DNA of 64,000 nt from Eledone cirrhosa (lineage: Eukaryota). The stretch lies in contig OZ024740.1 of the NCBI GenBank assembly GCA_964016885.1, positions 360,158,001 through 360,222,000 of the forward strand, in the 5' to 3' direction. The position numbers were made by a program, and so were the translations under genes. The notes beneath the pieces are model-generated. The model saw nothing but the letters and a program-made list of their open reading frames with translations. It ran no database searches and was not told the DNA's origin. Position 1 is the first letter of the stretch. Each line of letters opens with the position of its first letter. Below are positions 1-13,100 of this stretch, one piece after another.

Positions 1-714
1 TATATATATGCACACATACACAGACACATATATTTGTGTGTATCATCATCCAAGAATAGTAACAACAAAGAAAGCAAAGAAAAAATACAAAACACCAGGA
101 AATATTTTAGAAATATAGATTTAATTAAAACCATTATTGTTAGTTAAAACTTGAAATCTTACCAGTAATAGTAATATGGCTGTTGAATAAGCTATACTTC
201 TGGCAAATTAACAATTAAAATAAAAGATCAACTTGAAAATTATTAACAGTTTTTATAATATAATATATAAAAATTTTTTTTGTTAATCAGCTTTCTACAA
301 TGCTGAACGATCTTGGGAGTTCAATATAAGCTGGGGGTTAAATAGAGAGCCTCCTCGTGTTCAGATCTCTATCACATAAAATACTATACAAGCTGATGAT
401 GCAGTAAAAATTATTCAGCAGTTTTAAAGACTGAAAATATATTTAAAGAAAAAAAAATAGTGTGTAAGACAAGTTGATATCCCAGTGAGGTGCAGGGATT
501 GAAAACTTAACAAAGCCATCCAAATACTGAACGGTGGTTAGGCAGCAATGAAACAATTTTAACATTGAAAGTTAGAATATCAAACAGTGAATTTTTGTGT
601 TCAACTTGAATACCAGACATTGATTCTTTCAGTGAACCTATCCAGGTTAAATATCTTTCAGCTCATACATTCCATGGAATCATAGCTCCCAGACATATCC
701 ATTGAATAAGTTAT

Positions 715-1055
715 TATTGTTACAACTCATACCTATGTAGGTTTAGCTGGCCTCCTAAAAGGTATGAGGTTGCAACTCATAGGATTCTTGGGTGTTTTAA
801 TGATAGTTGCCCCAGTCTTATCATGCCTCTGTTATTACAGCTCACACCTATGTAGGTTTAGCTGGCCTCATACAAGGGTGTATCTCCCAGGAGGTTTCTT
901 GGGTTTTTTAATGATAGAAGCCACAGTCTTATATTGTTATAGCTCACAGCTATGTAGGTTTAACTGGCCTCCTATGAGGTTGCATCTCACCAGTGGTTTC
1001 TTGGGCCTTCTAGGAGATTTTTGGGTATTTAATTGAAACTGGTCCCAGTTGTATC
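715..1055. repeat. Degenerate tandem repeat, ~105-115 bp unit, about 3 copies
   Basis: ca(a/g)ctca(t/c)a(c/g)ctatgtaggttta(g/a)ctggcctc recurs near 722, 838 and 940, each followed by ttcttggg. Confidence 0.7.
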
Positions 1056-1610
1056 ATGAAAAGTCATGTGAAATGAGGCGCCCTGTTCAAGGACACAATG
1101 TGCCACACATTTCAGGAATGTAGACAGGCCATACAGATATTTGGGCAATGCCCAGTGGGGCCACTGTGATGGGTAAAAAAAAAAAAATCAATAAGCAACA
1201 TATTAATGAACAATGAGATGACCTAATAGGTGATGGAAGCCTGGGCTAGTTTTAAGACCCAGTCTGCATTTGATTGAACCCACAACTTTCGTGAGTCCAA
1301 CACTCTAACCACTAGACCAAGCACCTTCAGGCATCAAGTAAGGACAAAACATAGATAATATTTGTTTAGTATTTAGAGAAGAGAATTCTGAAGTCCTTAC
1401 ACAGATAATGAGGATGTCAACATGACACTAAAATTCTATTCTCCATATAGTAGACAAAGATAACAGTATTTTTTGCTCTTTATTGAACTGATTTTTGCCA
1501 TTGCAGATGTTTCATATAATTCATTTATTTCATCATCTTGTCATGACTCCTTTTTGTTTTTAATATCATGTAGAAGTAATTATGTGCATTCTTCGGGAAA
1601 ATACATTGCT

Positions 1611-1649
<39 letters not shown>

Positions 1650-1917
1650 GGAGAGAGAGAGAGAGAGATATCTGAGGTTGTAGGGGTGGTATAGTTACAT
1701 TAAGGCATAGTGCCAATCCCTCAACAGGTCTGAAAACAGCCAATTTCTTGCAGAAAAGGACATATAAAGGAAGAATTTCCCCAGAACTGGGTTGGTATTT
1801 TATTGATCTCCAAAGGATAAAAGGCAAAGTTATCTGTGGCAAGATTTGAAATCAGAACACACAGTGCTGTAGGAAAAGTCACAATCTGACATTCTAATGA
1901 CTGCCAATTTGCCACAA

Positions 1918-2495
1918 TCATCTTCATTTAACGTCCATTTTCCACGCTAGCATGGGTTAGACGGGAGTTGTCCCACTTGAGGCAAGGTTGGTCGGGTGAC
2001 CATGTCTCGCTCATATAGGACTATCTGGCAGGTTTTCTATGGCTGGATGCCCTTCCTAACACCAACCACATTTACAGTGTGGAACTGGGAACTTTTTACG
2101 GTGTTACCTACACGGCCACATTACAGCGTGGACTGTGTGTTTTTTTGTCGTGACACCTACACGATCTCGATATCTCATTTATTTGGACTGGATGTTGTGG
2201 TACCAACTTTATAGAGAGGGGGTGGTGTTAGTGGGAGTGGGAGGATAGGGTAGGGGTAGTGGATTGGGGTGTATATTTGGTTAAGAGGTGCCTACTGACT
2301 GTAGGTTTCGCTTTGTACATAGGCAAGGCGGGTCTTCTGTATTACTGCGTAGCGCCAAAGATCTCGGTCCAGTGACATTGTCTTAGAGAGGTGCAAGTGT
2401 GTAAGGTGGGAATTTATCAGATCGTCCCAGGTTTTTCTGGGTCTACCTACTCCGTAACTACCATCAATTTTGATCGCCCTGCACTTTTTTAATCA
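1918..2495 (-). mobile_element. 5'-truncated RTE LINE 3' fragment (ORF end plus 3' UTR)
   Basis: Reverse complement encodes [38 protein letters not shown], followed by the same 3' UTR as the young copies and a (GAT)n-like tail; it ends at a TA tract. Confidence 0.85.
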
Positions 2496-2517
2496 TATAT
2501 ATATATATTATAGGCAC

Positions 2518-2696
2518 CCTTCGTTCACGAATGACCATGGTTTTGCACCTGGAAAGTTCTCTACTGAGGCACAAGCCTAAGAAAGGTGTGTTTGTGGAAA
2601 ACCAGCAGTCACCCACTCTCCACGCCACCGATGTTGTCCAAGGAAAAGGCAATGGCTGATACAGCTAGACACTAACCACTAAGCCATGCGCCTTCA
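2518..2696 (-). mobile_element. Internally deleted tRNA-derived SINE
   Basis: Head gaaggcgcatggcttagtggttag (A-box-like) on the minus strand, flanked by (TA)n. Confidence 0.45.
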
Positions 2697-2768
2697 TATA
2701 TATATATCATCATCATCATTTAACGTCCATTTTCTACGCTAGCATGGGATATATATATATATACATAT

Positions 2769-2799
<31 letters not shown>

Positions 2800-3000
2800 C
2801 ATATGCATGTATATGTATATACATGCATATGCACATATATATATATATATTTTTTTATATATATAGAAATGGCTTCTACAGGACTAAAACTGTTTCATTG
2901 GAAGGAAATCATCAAGAAATCATTAAAAATCTATACTCTGCAATGTATTGAGTACCTTACTGTGGTTACCCCAGATTGAATCCGGGATACTGAGAGAGAG

Positions 3001-3149
3001 AGAGTTAGTTCCACAACAAATTAGCAAACCAAACTCGAGGACACGCGTTTCACCAAGCGGATTTTCAACCCGTTCTCACCACAGCCATACATGGGTTGAA
3101 AATGCACGTAATCAGGTATGGTTTGCTAATTTATTGTGGAACTAACTCT
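3001..3149. repeat. 31-bp inverted repeat enclosing a nested hairpin and a decayed hammerhead-like core
   Basis: 3001-3031 and 3119-3149 are reverse complements with 1 mismatch; inner stem attttcaaccc/gggttgaaaat. Confidence 0.75.
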
Positions 3150-3425
3150 ATACTGAACTCAGTGCTCTGCTTACTATGGATATAACCTCCCGATTTTTGA
3201 CCACTATATATATATATATGCATACATATATATACATGTATACATATACATACATATATATATATATATACCTCTGCCCAGGACTTTCTTGGTCTACCTC
3301 TACCATGTCTTCATTCCACTGGCATTTCCTGGCACTTCTTTACCTAACAATCATTGTCCATGCGCATCACATGTCCAAACCAACAGTCTTCTCTTCATAA
3401 ATATGCATAAGTATGTATGTATGTG

Positions 3426-3485
<60 letters not shown>

Positions 3486-3669
3486 TATACATACAGATTT
3501 ATAGTTGTTTGATTAAGCATAATCTATGACTTGATGTTGCATTGCCTATATGATGCCACATTTTCCAAATCTGATTCTCCTTTCCAAGACAGTAGAGTGT
3601 AATCTGAAGGAGGCTTGGCTGCTATTTTTAGTATGTTGACCAATCAAATGGTGTAAATTTCACTGACTT

Positions 3670-4560
3670 GATCATCATCATCCTTTTTACATGTTTTTCC
3701 AAGCTTGAATGAATTCCATGGGTCTTTTCCAGTAAGTACAGCCCTCCTTCCAATCGTATTCTTTTGCCATCTCTGCTGAGAGGTTCAGCAATTTGAGATC
3801 TGATCTAACGACTTCTGCCCAGGTTTTCCTTGGCCTTCCTCTACTGAAGCTTCTTTCTTCTGGAACATCTTCACCCAACAATCAGCTCTCATGCATATAA
3901 TATGGCCATACCACCAGTCTTTTCTCTTTCACACTACATTTGATTCTTCTTATGCTCAGTTTCACTAGTCATTTCTCTCCAGCCTTTATATATTCTCTGC
4001 ATTTACTGCCCATGTTTCACTTCCATGCAATAGCATACTTTGCACTTTGCACACAGGAATCATACAGTCAGCTTTTCATTCACAGAGAGAAACCTTTTGT
4101 TGTCAATAGAAGCAGTAACTCCCTGAACATTTTCTAACCTGTTCTTATTCTAGCTATTATACTTTCAGTGCAACCAATTCCACTTAATTATGTCTCTTAC
4201 ACAGCAAAAGCTACTTACCATTTCTATAGAGCATTTCCGAGATTGGAAAGAGCTGATGTCATTGTGGCTCTTACAATTAACTACCCCTATGTATCTCCCA
4301 CAATAAAGGACCACCAGATAGCAGATTGTGGAACTCTGTCAAAAGCCTTCTCCAGATCAACAAAAGCTAGATTGAAAACTTACATTTAGCTAGGAACTTC
4401 TCTTTTAGTTGTCTCACTAAGATAAGGACATCTTTCCCAACACAAAACCAAACTACATCTCATTTAAATAGTTGTGCTAAAACTCTGTCATCATCAGTTT
4501 TATGCCTCAGTAGTAGCTCCTTTTAATACATCAACCTTTCTCATGAAATAATTACTAATT
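3670..4560 (-). mobile_element. Old, degraded RTE LINE fragments
   Basis: [35 protein letters not shown] and FGFVLG remnants with stops; (GAT)n tail at 3670. Confidence 0.75.
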
Positions 4561-6058
4561 ATACTGCTACACCAATATAAAATACACAAGTAGAATGGTC
4601 CCCAGACATTAGATGACTTGTGACTGGCATAGACACCTATACATATCCAAATTTACTCTAATGAAATATTTGTAAATTTGTGCACGTGCACACACATCCA
4701 TTTATTTGCACACACATAAATATACACTAACCATACAAATATATCTAAATAGAAGAACTAAATTTATCCAAACTATTGACCAACTGGAGTGACAGTGGAA
4801 TTGTTGAGTAATATCAGGATGATGATGATGATGACAACGATGATGATGATGAGGAGGACATAGCAAAATTACATGTAATTTTCAGTTCTACAGTTGAGGC
4901 AAATATTAAGATTTATAAATCCTCTAAACCAGGCTAAGCACTAATGACAATTGTGGGGAGGAAAAAAATAATTGTTTCTAATAGCTGTAGAGTTAGGTTT
5001 ATATACATATACATACTCACTTATGCACACTGACTAACACATATACACAAACTCTGTTGTTGCTATGTCTAACCTTTCTGCCTACCACCCTCTTCCCACT
5101 AATGCTCAGAAACCACATGCCTATTTATCCACTTCCTTCATCAATTATTACTTTGACTCCTGTATAACAAACAACAACATATTTTAAGTTCAGTTTCTCG
5201 GCTAAAGGTTTCTGTTTTGTTCAATCCAATGTATCCCCTGCTCCCATCAACTCTCTGATTTTCATTTCTTCCTCCATCATCTTCAGCCACATCTTTCTTG
5301 GTCCTGTTCCACTACATCCTTTCACATTCAATTCCATCGCCCCTTTCATTCAATCACAATCATCCTTTCTCAATTCTTGGCGCAATAATTTCCTTCCATT
5401 TCTCTTCACAACATTCATCACTGGCTCTATTCCCATCATCCTCTGCAATATTCCATTTTTTTCATCTTTCTCTGCTGCTCCATGTTTATCACTCATAAAT
5501 CATGGCACTTCTCATACATGCAACATACACCTTTCCTATCAATTTAAGTGATATTCCTTTCCACATTATAACAAACAACACACATTATCCTTTCTTACCT
5601 AATACATATTCCTGGGTGTTGTAAGAAATAACAAAAAGGGCTAATGTCAAGAAGGACATCCATCTATAAAACATTGCCTCAGAAAGTTCTGTCCAACCCA
5701 TGCCAGCCTGGAAAAGTGGACATAAAAACGATGATGATTCATTCTCTACTCTATCATGGAAAAGGGCCAATACTTGAATGAAACATTGCCAATTTTCCTT
5801 TACCCCTATTACATTTATTTTATTAATGACTTTCCTATAGATTAAAAAACCTTGAAGACACAAATACACAATCTCTCCATTTATATATATATATCTTACA
5901 GCTGCCACCTTTAAAAAGAAATCGAGTGTGGTCATTAACATACATCAACAGAAATACATACATATTAACATATTAGATGTACATGTGTTCTTTACTTCTT
6001 AAATTTGCTTTAGCCATCACAGCCAAGGCCATAGTAGAGCACCACCTTCAATGTTAGC

Positions 6059-7114
6059 TTAAAATTCAGGAAAAATCTGGGCTTTGATTATAAGAGTGTC
6101 ATTAAGGACATAAGTTGAGTTATCTAACTCACTAAGTCGCATATACTCCATATATCCAAAACCTTTGTGGTTGCGGTGAGAAGTTGGTTTCTGAAAAGCA
6201 TCTAATGATGGCTTTGATATTAATGATTCAACAGAATGTTGCCTCTGTTCTATGTGTGGGTTCTGATCTAAGACAGATAATATGATTTTACCTCGAAATG
6301 GCCAAGTTAAGATGTCATCCCATTCTCCTTGCATGAAATGAATAAACACAGATAGGTATGCTCCCTGAGAATAGTCAACCCCATTAAGGTTGCATCTTAT
6401 ACATAATTTGTAACCATAGTAATTGGAATAAAATGGTGGACTATGCAGGACAGGCATTTCACCACTGATAGCTTTTTGTCTGTGTCGTGAATAATTTTTT
6501 ATTTTCCAAATGTAAAGTCCATTACATAACCGTCCCTCTAATTCGGTAAGATGGTTAACTTTTTCTTCAATATTACGTAGTTTTTGCTGCGTTTCTTTGT
6601 TAATACGTTCAATGTAGTCATGTCGAAACTGCAGTTCAAGCAACTCATGACTGTGTCGAGCCAAACTTTCATCTTGGTAAATGTTTCGTTCTTTCAATGA
6701 TTGAAACTCAAAATCAAACAGCTCGGCCGAAGATGTAGAATCTATTAAGCTACCTTTTCCTAAATTAACCACCTTTACAGATTGGCTGCGATTAATAGGA
6801 ACGTTTGGAGGAGGTGATGGTAAAGGCTGTGAAACAGTTGAGAGAGTACGGTTAGGCGCCTGAGAAAATTTCAACATAGTAGCTTCAGCATTGCCTGAAA
6901 CTCCTGCTTCAACATTTTGCAATACATTTGGTAATTCTCCAGTTATTTCCGGATCAATTATCTGGCTTTGACTGACGGCATTTCCAGTTTCAATAGAAGA
7001 CAATATACTTTCAATGTTCTGGAAGTTAAGAAGCTTTACAAAAGCCTGACACAATAGTTGAAGATGCTTCTGAACGTTTGTTTTCATGTGTTTCTCCATC
7101 TTGAGTCGTTCAAT
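6059..7114 (-). CDS. TRAF6: TRAF6 terminal exon, coiled coil plus MATH/TRAF-C domain (1056 nt incl. stop)
   Basis: Acceptor tttcag|ATT. Contains [49 protein letters not shown] and [10 protein letters not shown]; TAA at 6059-6061. Confidence 0.95.
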   Translation of the reverse strand: MERLKMEKHMKTNVQKHLQLLCQAFVKLLNFQNIESILSSIETGNAVSQSQIIDPEITGELPNVLQNVEAGVSGNAEATMLKFSQAPNRTLSTVSQPLPSPPPNVPINRSQSVKVVNLGKGSLIDSTSSAELFDFEFQSLKERNIYQDESLARHSHELLELQFRHDYIERINKETQQKLRNIEEKVNHLTELEGRLCNGLYIWKIKNYSRHRQKAISGEMPVLHSPPFYSNYYGYKLCIRCNLNGVDYSQGAYLSVFIHFMQGEWDDILTWPFRGKIILSVLDQNPHIEQRQHSVESLISKPSLDAFQKPTSHRNHKGFGYMEYMRLSELDNSTYVLNDTLIIKAQIFPEF

Positions 7115-10100
7115 CTGAAACAGATACAACATGGATTCTTTTTACATAATCACAAAGCCTCAGTGGGGTTGATGTAGAAATTGAGGGTTATGGAGTATTC
7201 ATGCCTTTCCTCAAACCATAATTGAAATTGCTCTAAATGAGAATCAAAACCTGGTTGTGATATTCAATCAATGAGTAACTACTTTAGTGTGTGTGAGATG
7301 GAGATAGAGAGAGATGATTTAGCAGTGTGAGAGGGGTGATTTAACAATATGAATACTTTACACATTGCAACCAGTTCATGCAATATGACTTGCCTCGTAT
7401 TTCATGTCTTGTTCCATACATAGTGATTTACTTAGTATATTCGATCCACTTTATAACGCAAGGCAATGTTAAAATTACATCACAATGGAACAGAGACATG
7501 CTGGCTGCCATTAGTCACCAAAGGGCGGATTTACAACGCCTGTTTGAGAGACATGTTGCTCCACGCCAGCGAGACCTGGGCCATGTCATCCAACTGTCTG
7601 AATCAGCTCAGAAGAAATGACAGAGTTATGATCTGCTGGATGTGCGGTGTGACCTCTGAAGATGATGTCAGCTCAACTGAGCTCCTGAAAAGACTGCTGA
7701 ACAACACCCTTGTGGATGTGTTTCACATAAGATGCATGTGCTGGTACGGCTATGTTGAGTCGCTGGATCAGCAAAGTGATGAATGTCGATCATGGAGGCA
7801 GTAGAGGCCCAGGAAGACCAAAAAGGACTTAGATGGAGGATGTCCATCGGGATCAAGCTAGATTTGGCCTGGCCAAAGTGAGACTGGTGGACAGAAACAC
7901 ATGGAGCGGGACACTAAGGAGTGGTGTTAAGTAGGACCCAACCCTACTTGGGGATTAACTTTGTCCAGCATTATCAAAAAGCGGGTGATGATGAACAGAT
8001 TAATGAGTAAGATAATGATAAGTAGCAGTCATAGAAGAAATAAAGTAGCCAGTAGCTTGTAAGGAAGCCATGATTAGGTTAACTAATAGTCTATCTAATC
8101 TATGAGGATGAGTAGTTTGACATGCTTTCAATCATGATACATAAATGTTTTAGTGATCAGTACATCATGTCTGAAATAGTTAAGCCCTTTTGATACCAAA
8201 CCATTCATTTTAAGATGTTTATATTTATTTAAAAACATCCATCATAATTTTAGATAAGAACCTTAGTTAAGTTATATTCCAAACACCAGTTATATTAACT
8301 CTCTTCTAATTCTCACTTATTTGCTTATTTCAAAAGTATTTTAAAATTATAGGCAGTGTCTTTCATTAAAAAAGAGTGAACTGGGTGCATTTTATGGTAG
8401 CACCATCCTTAGTATTTTACAGAGTATGCTGGGTACATTCTATTGTAGTATCAAATTATATATATATATATAATAAAAAGAAAGGTTTATTCACATAAAT
8501 CTTCTTTACTTTGAAGTACAGAATAGGTTTCTATAAAGTAAATAAGACAAGATAAAAACACTAATAATAATTTCTAAATTTAGTCCATTTGTAGGAGAGA
8601 TTGCATAGTCTATAAAATCAACTACAATATATTACTGGTATTTATTTCTATCTCCACCAATAAATTCAAGTTGGTTAAAGTGAACTGAGAACATTAAGGC
8701 ATGTAACTATATACCACAAAAGTCTGCTGCTCTATAATCATAATAATAATTGATTCTAACATAGGCACAAAGTCAGACATTTTGAAAAGGAGTTAGTTCA
8801 TTAAATTGACCCTAGTACTTCACTGATACTTCATTTTATTGTCTCCAGGAAGGCTGAAAAGCAAAGTTAATCTCAGCAAGATTTGAACATATTAAGAATA
8901 TTAGAAGGAGCAGCAATAATAGTGAGTATCATTTAAACAATAAGTTTACTTACCTCTTTATTACACCCAAAAATATAGAAACAGCATTTGATGGTTGCAT
9001 TAGGACAGTCAATTGCTATATGCTCTGGTACCTGCAAATACAAGACAAGATGACAAGATATATCATATAGGTACATTGAAGTAATATATCTATGTCATTA
9101 ACCAAAGAAAAAAAAAAATAGAAACAGCTATTTCAATTATATTAGAGGAATGTGTCCAATACACTCTGCTATGATAAAATACATCAAGTACACTCTATAA
9201 AGTGGTAGTGCTGGTGTCAATAAAATACACACAGTACACCCTGTAAAACAGTAGTAATGGTGCTCTGACAAAATGCCCCCAATACGTTCTGTAAAGTGGT
9301 TATGTTGGTGCCACAATAAAATGTACCCAGTACACCCTGTGTTGATACCATGATAAAATGTACCTGGTACACTCGGTAAAGCAATTGGAAGGATATCCAA
9401 CCATAGAAATCACACCATATATGGAATGTGTGAGCTCGATGTGGTTCTCAAACCTGTTTAGTTCCAAAATGAGACAATCCATCCAATCTATGCCAGCATG
9501 GAAGGTGGGCATAAAATGATGATAAGGAAATCATTATATTAAAAGCATAATAAAGTAACAAACGACAATGAGGTTCAAATAGCAGCTAAATCTCCCTCAA
9601 ATCACTACTAACATGTCATAAAAATGGAAGAACATGTTGAGTAAAATACATTATGGATGAAAACAAACTGCATGGTCATGGCTGGAACACTTTTGGTTAT
9701 TTTATCAACCTTAGCATCAAAATTGACTTCCAAAATGAAAGCATGTGGCATAATATTTAGGCTTTTGAACTGACAATCATAAGATTATAGATTCAATTTT
9801 TGCAATGAGCAGTGAATTGTGTTCTTGAGCAAGATGCATCATTTCGTGTAACTTTTCATGATAGAACTGCAGCCCTTATCATAAAAACACTCCTATGAGA
9901 TGTAACCTTGTATGAGGTTAGTTAAACTTATATAAGTGTGAGCTATAACAACATTAAAACATCCAAGAAACCTCCTCTGAGATACACTTATATAGGTGCG
10001 AGCCATAAATTTATTTCATTATTTTCAAACAAGGGCGGTGGATTGGCAGTATCGGTAGAGGGTCGGACGCCATGCTTTCCAACATAGTTACGTCCCTTTA

Positions 10101-13100
10101 CGATCTGAGTTCAAATCCCGCCGAGGTTGACTTTGCCTTTCATCCTTACGGGGTCGATAAAATAAAGTACCAGTAATGCACTGGGTAATTGCTGGCCTTG
10201 TGCCTAAAGTAGAAACAATTATTTTCAAACAAGAGTAAAAGACAAAATTATTCTTACCATGATCCTATGGATATCTGCTTTACAGAAAGAACACGGAACT
10301 AACTGTTTAGGACAAACTCCTTCATGTTCCTAAAAAAAGAAGTTTGTTCTTTTTTTAGTTAAAAGACATAATAGTCAAATCACAATTTAGGTTCACACAC
10401 TGACAGACACACATAAACCATAACATATACATGCACAGAAATAGTTAAGAATCGACCTGTAATTAAATAGTAATGAGATTAGTGTTATGTCAGGATAAGA
10501 GCTAGTGGTATGTTAGAATAGCATTACATATTTGTTATTGGATAGTGAATAATGTAACCGGCCATTATAGGAACATATTTGACCTTAAGTTTGCTCAATC
10601 AGAGTAGATGTGAGGCTAAGTAACAACAACAAAAACAACATTACAACAGAGAATAATAATAAAATAAAGAGAATCAATTGTGTACCCCATAATCTTCAAA
10701 AATCAAGTTCCCAAAACAGAGTGGGCATGATATATTTCTCTTGACACACTCTGTTTCTGTATGAGTAGCTATATCCTTTTTTAGAATGAGTTTATTACAG
10801 TTGAGTGGGCACATCATTGAATTAAATTGGCATGTTTCTTTGTGGTCCTGAAAATAGAGAAGAAATACATCTATACTGTACAAGGTACACTTTACCAACA
10901 CACCAGATGTCACACTAACAAGGTACACTCCACCAACACACCAGATATTATCCTAACAAGGTACACCTCAACAACTCACCAGATGTCACACTAACAAGAT
11001 ACACCCCCACCAATACACCAGATGTCACTATCAAGGTACACCCCACCACCACACCAGATGTCATTCTAACAAGGTACACCTCACCAACAAGGTATACCCC
11101 ACCAACACCAACTGTCACCATCATGGTACATCTCAACAACACACCAGATGTCACTCTAACAAGGTACACCCCACTAACACACCAGATGTCACTCTAACAA
11201 GGTACACCCCACTAACACACCAGATGTCACATTAACAAGGTACACATCACAAACACAAGAGATTATATAGAAACCAAGTAAATAGGTGAGGAAAGGACTG
11301 ATACTCACTTCAATTTGATTCAATTCCACAACATATTGACAACCCTTTACTGAATAAGGGCAATGAACCTTCATAGATAGGATCTCCCTCTTCACATAAT
11401 TATCTGGAAACATCTTATTCTGATCCACGTCTGCATTGTCAATCGGGCACTTACGGTTGCCTTCTCTGTGTAAAAACAAATAAACACACATATATATGTG
11501 TAAACAAGATACAAACCGGAGGCCCTTGCTATTCAGGAAAAGAGACAGTAAATGAGGATAATGAGGACACACACATATATATATATGTACGTGTATATAT
11601 ATATATCATCATCATCATCACCGTTTTACGTCCGTTCTTCCACACTAGCATGGATTAGATGGGTTGTCCTGTTGTGGGCAGTGTCCAGTCGTTTGACCTA
11701 GTCTTGCTCATACAGGAACTGATTCAGGCTTGATTTCTACAGCTGGATGCCCTTCCTAACACCAACCTCATTTATAGTGAGTGCTGGGTGCTTTTTTGCC
11801 GTGGCACCTCCACGACCACTTTGCAGTGTGTGTGTGTGTGTGGGGGGGGGGGATATTGTCTATATGCTTCAGCTTCGGCTTGTTCCTGTGGGAAGTCGGG
11901 TCTTCTGTATTACGTGACGCCAGAGGTCACGGTCGTGTGTCATTGCCCTTGAGAGGTGCAATTGGGTAAGGTCGGTTTTATCACCTCATCCCAGGTCTTC
12001 TTGGGTCTCCCCACTCTGAGGCTTCCATCGACTTCTAGTGCTCTGTACCTTTTTATGCAGCTGTCATCCTTCATACGCATCACATGTCCATACCAACATA
12101 ACCTCCTCTCCTGCACACAGCATTTGATTCCTCTTATGCTCAGTCTCTCTTTCAATTCGTTTATGCTTTGCCGTTCGCGTATATTACTATTACACATCCA
12201 TCGGAGCATGCAAGCTTCGTTTCTTTCTAATCTGAACAAGTCTTCTACAGACAGCGCCCAGGTCTCACTACCATGTAACATTGCTATTCGTATACACGCA
12301 TCATACAGTCTGCCGTTCATTTTGAGGGAAAAGTCTTTTGCAGCTAACAATGGCAGTAGCTCCCTGAACTTCTTCCATCCTGTTCTTACCCTAGTTATTG
12401 TACTTTCCGAACACCCACCTTCACTTCTAATTCGGTCACCTAGGTAGCAGAAGCTGTCTACTGTTTCTACAAAGCCCTCCCAGAGTTTGGTGGTGTTTGT
12501 TTCCTGTGGCCATTTGCTGCATGTTGTCCCAGCGCAGCTGCTACATATGAATCCTACATTCTTAGTAAAAGTTCCTGAGATCCCACTACATCTCTTGTGT
12601 ACCCATTGTTTGCATATGGGGCAGAGGATGGAGTTCCTACCTACACCTTTCCTACATACTGAGCAAGGCCATTTCCCTGAGGGGATCTGGGTTCTGTTTT
12701 CTCGTCTACTTACAAGAACCTTAGTCTTTGTCACGCTTTCTATCTAGTCCCTGCTTCCATGTTTGGAATTTCTTCTCTAATTCCACCATGGATTCAGCTA
12801 TAAGTGCGAGATCATCCACATATAGGAGTTCCCATGGGCATCCGGTCTTAAACTCCTCCGTTATTGCCTGCAGGACTATGATGAACAGGAGAGGGCTAAG
12901 AACAGAGCCCTGGTGGACACCGACCTGTATGATAAATTCCTCGCTATAGTCATTGCTAACCCTAACTTTGCTGACTGCTCCTCTATACATGGCTTGTACA
13001 GCTTTCACAAGCCATTCATCTACACCTAATTTTCTAAGAGCCCACTAGATTATAGCACGGGGGACTCTGTCGAAGGCTTTTTCCAGATCGATGAATGCCA

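Noticed and set aside
10876-11250. 38-bp periodic array resembling CRISPR
   Set aside because: Units are contiguous with no unique spacers, there are no cas genes, and it lies in a eukaryotic intron.
11956-12949. Antisense ORFs over LINE RT regions (also 15568, 30865, 31306, 47882, 56260)
   Set aside because: Shadow frames of RT coding sequence, repeated only because the elements are repeated.
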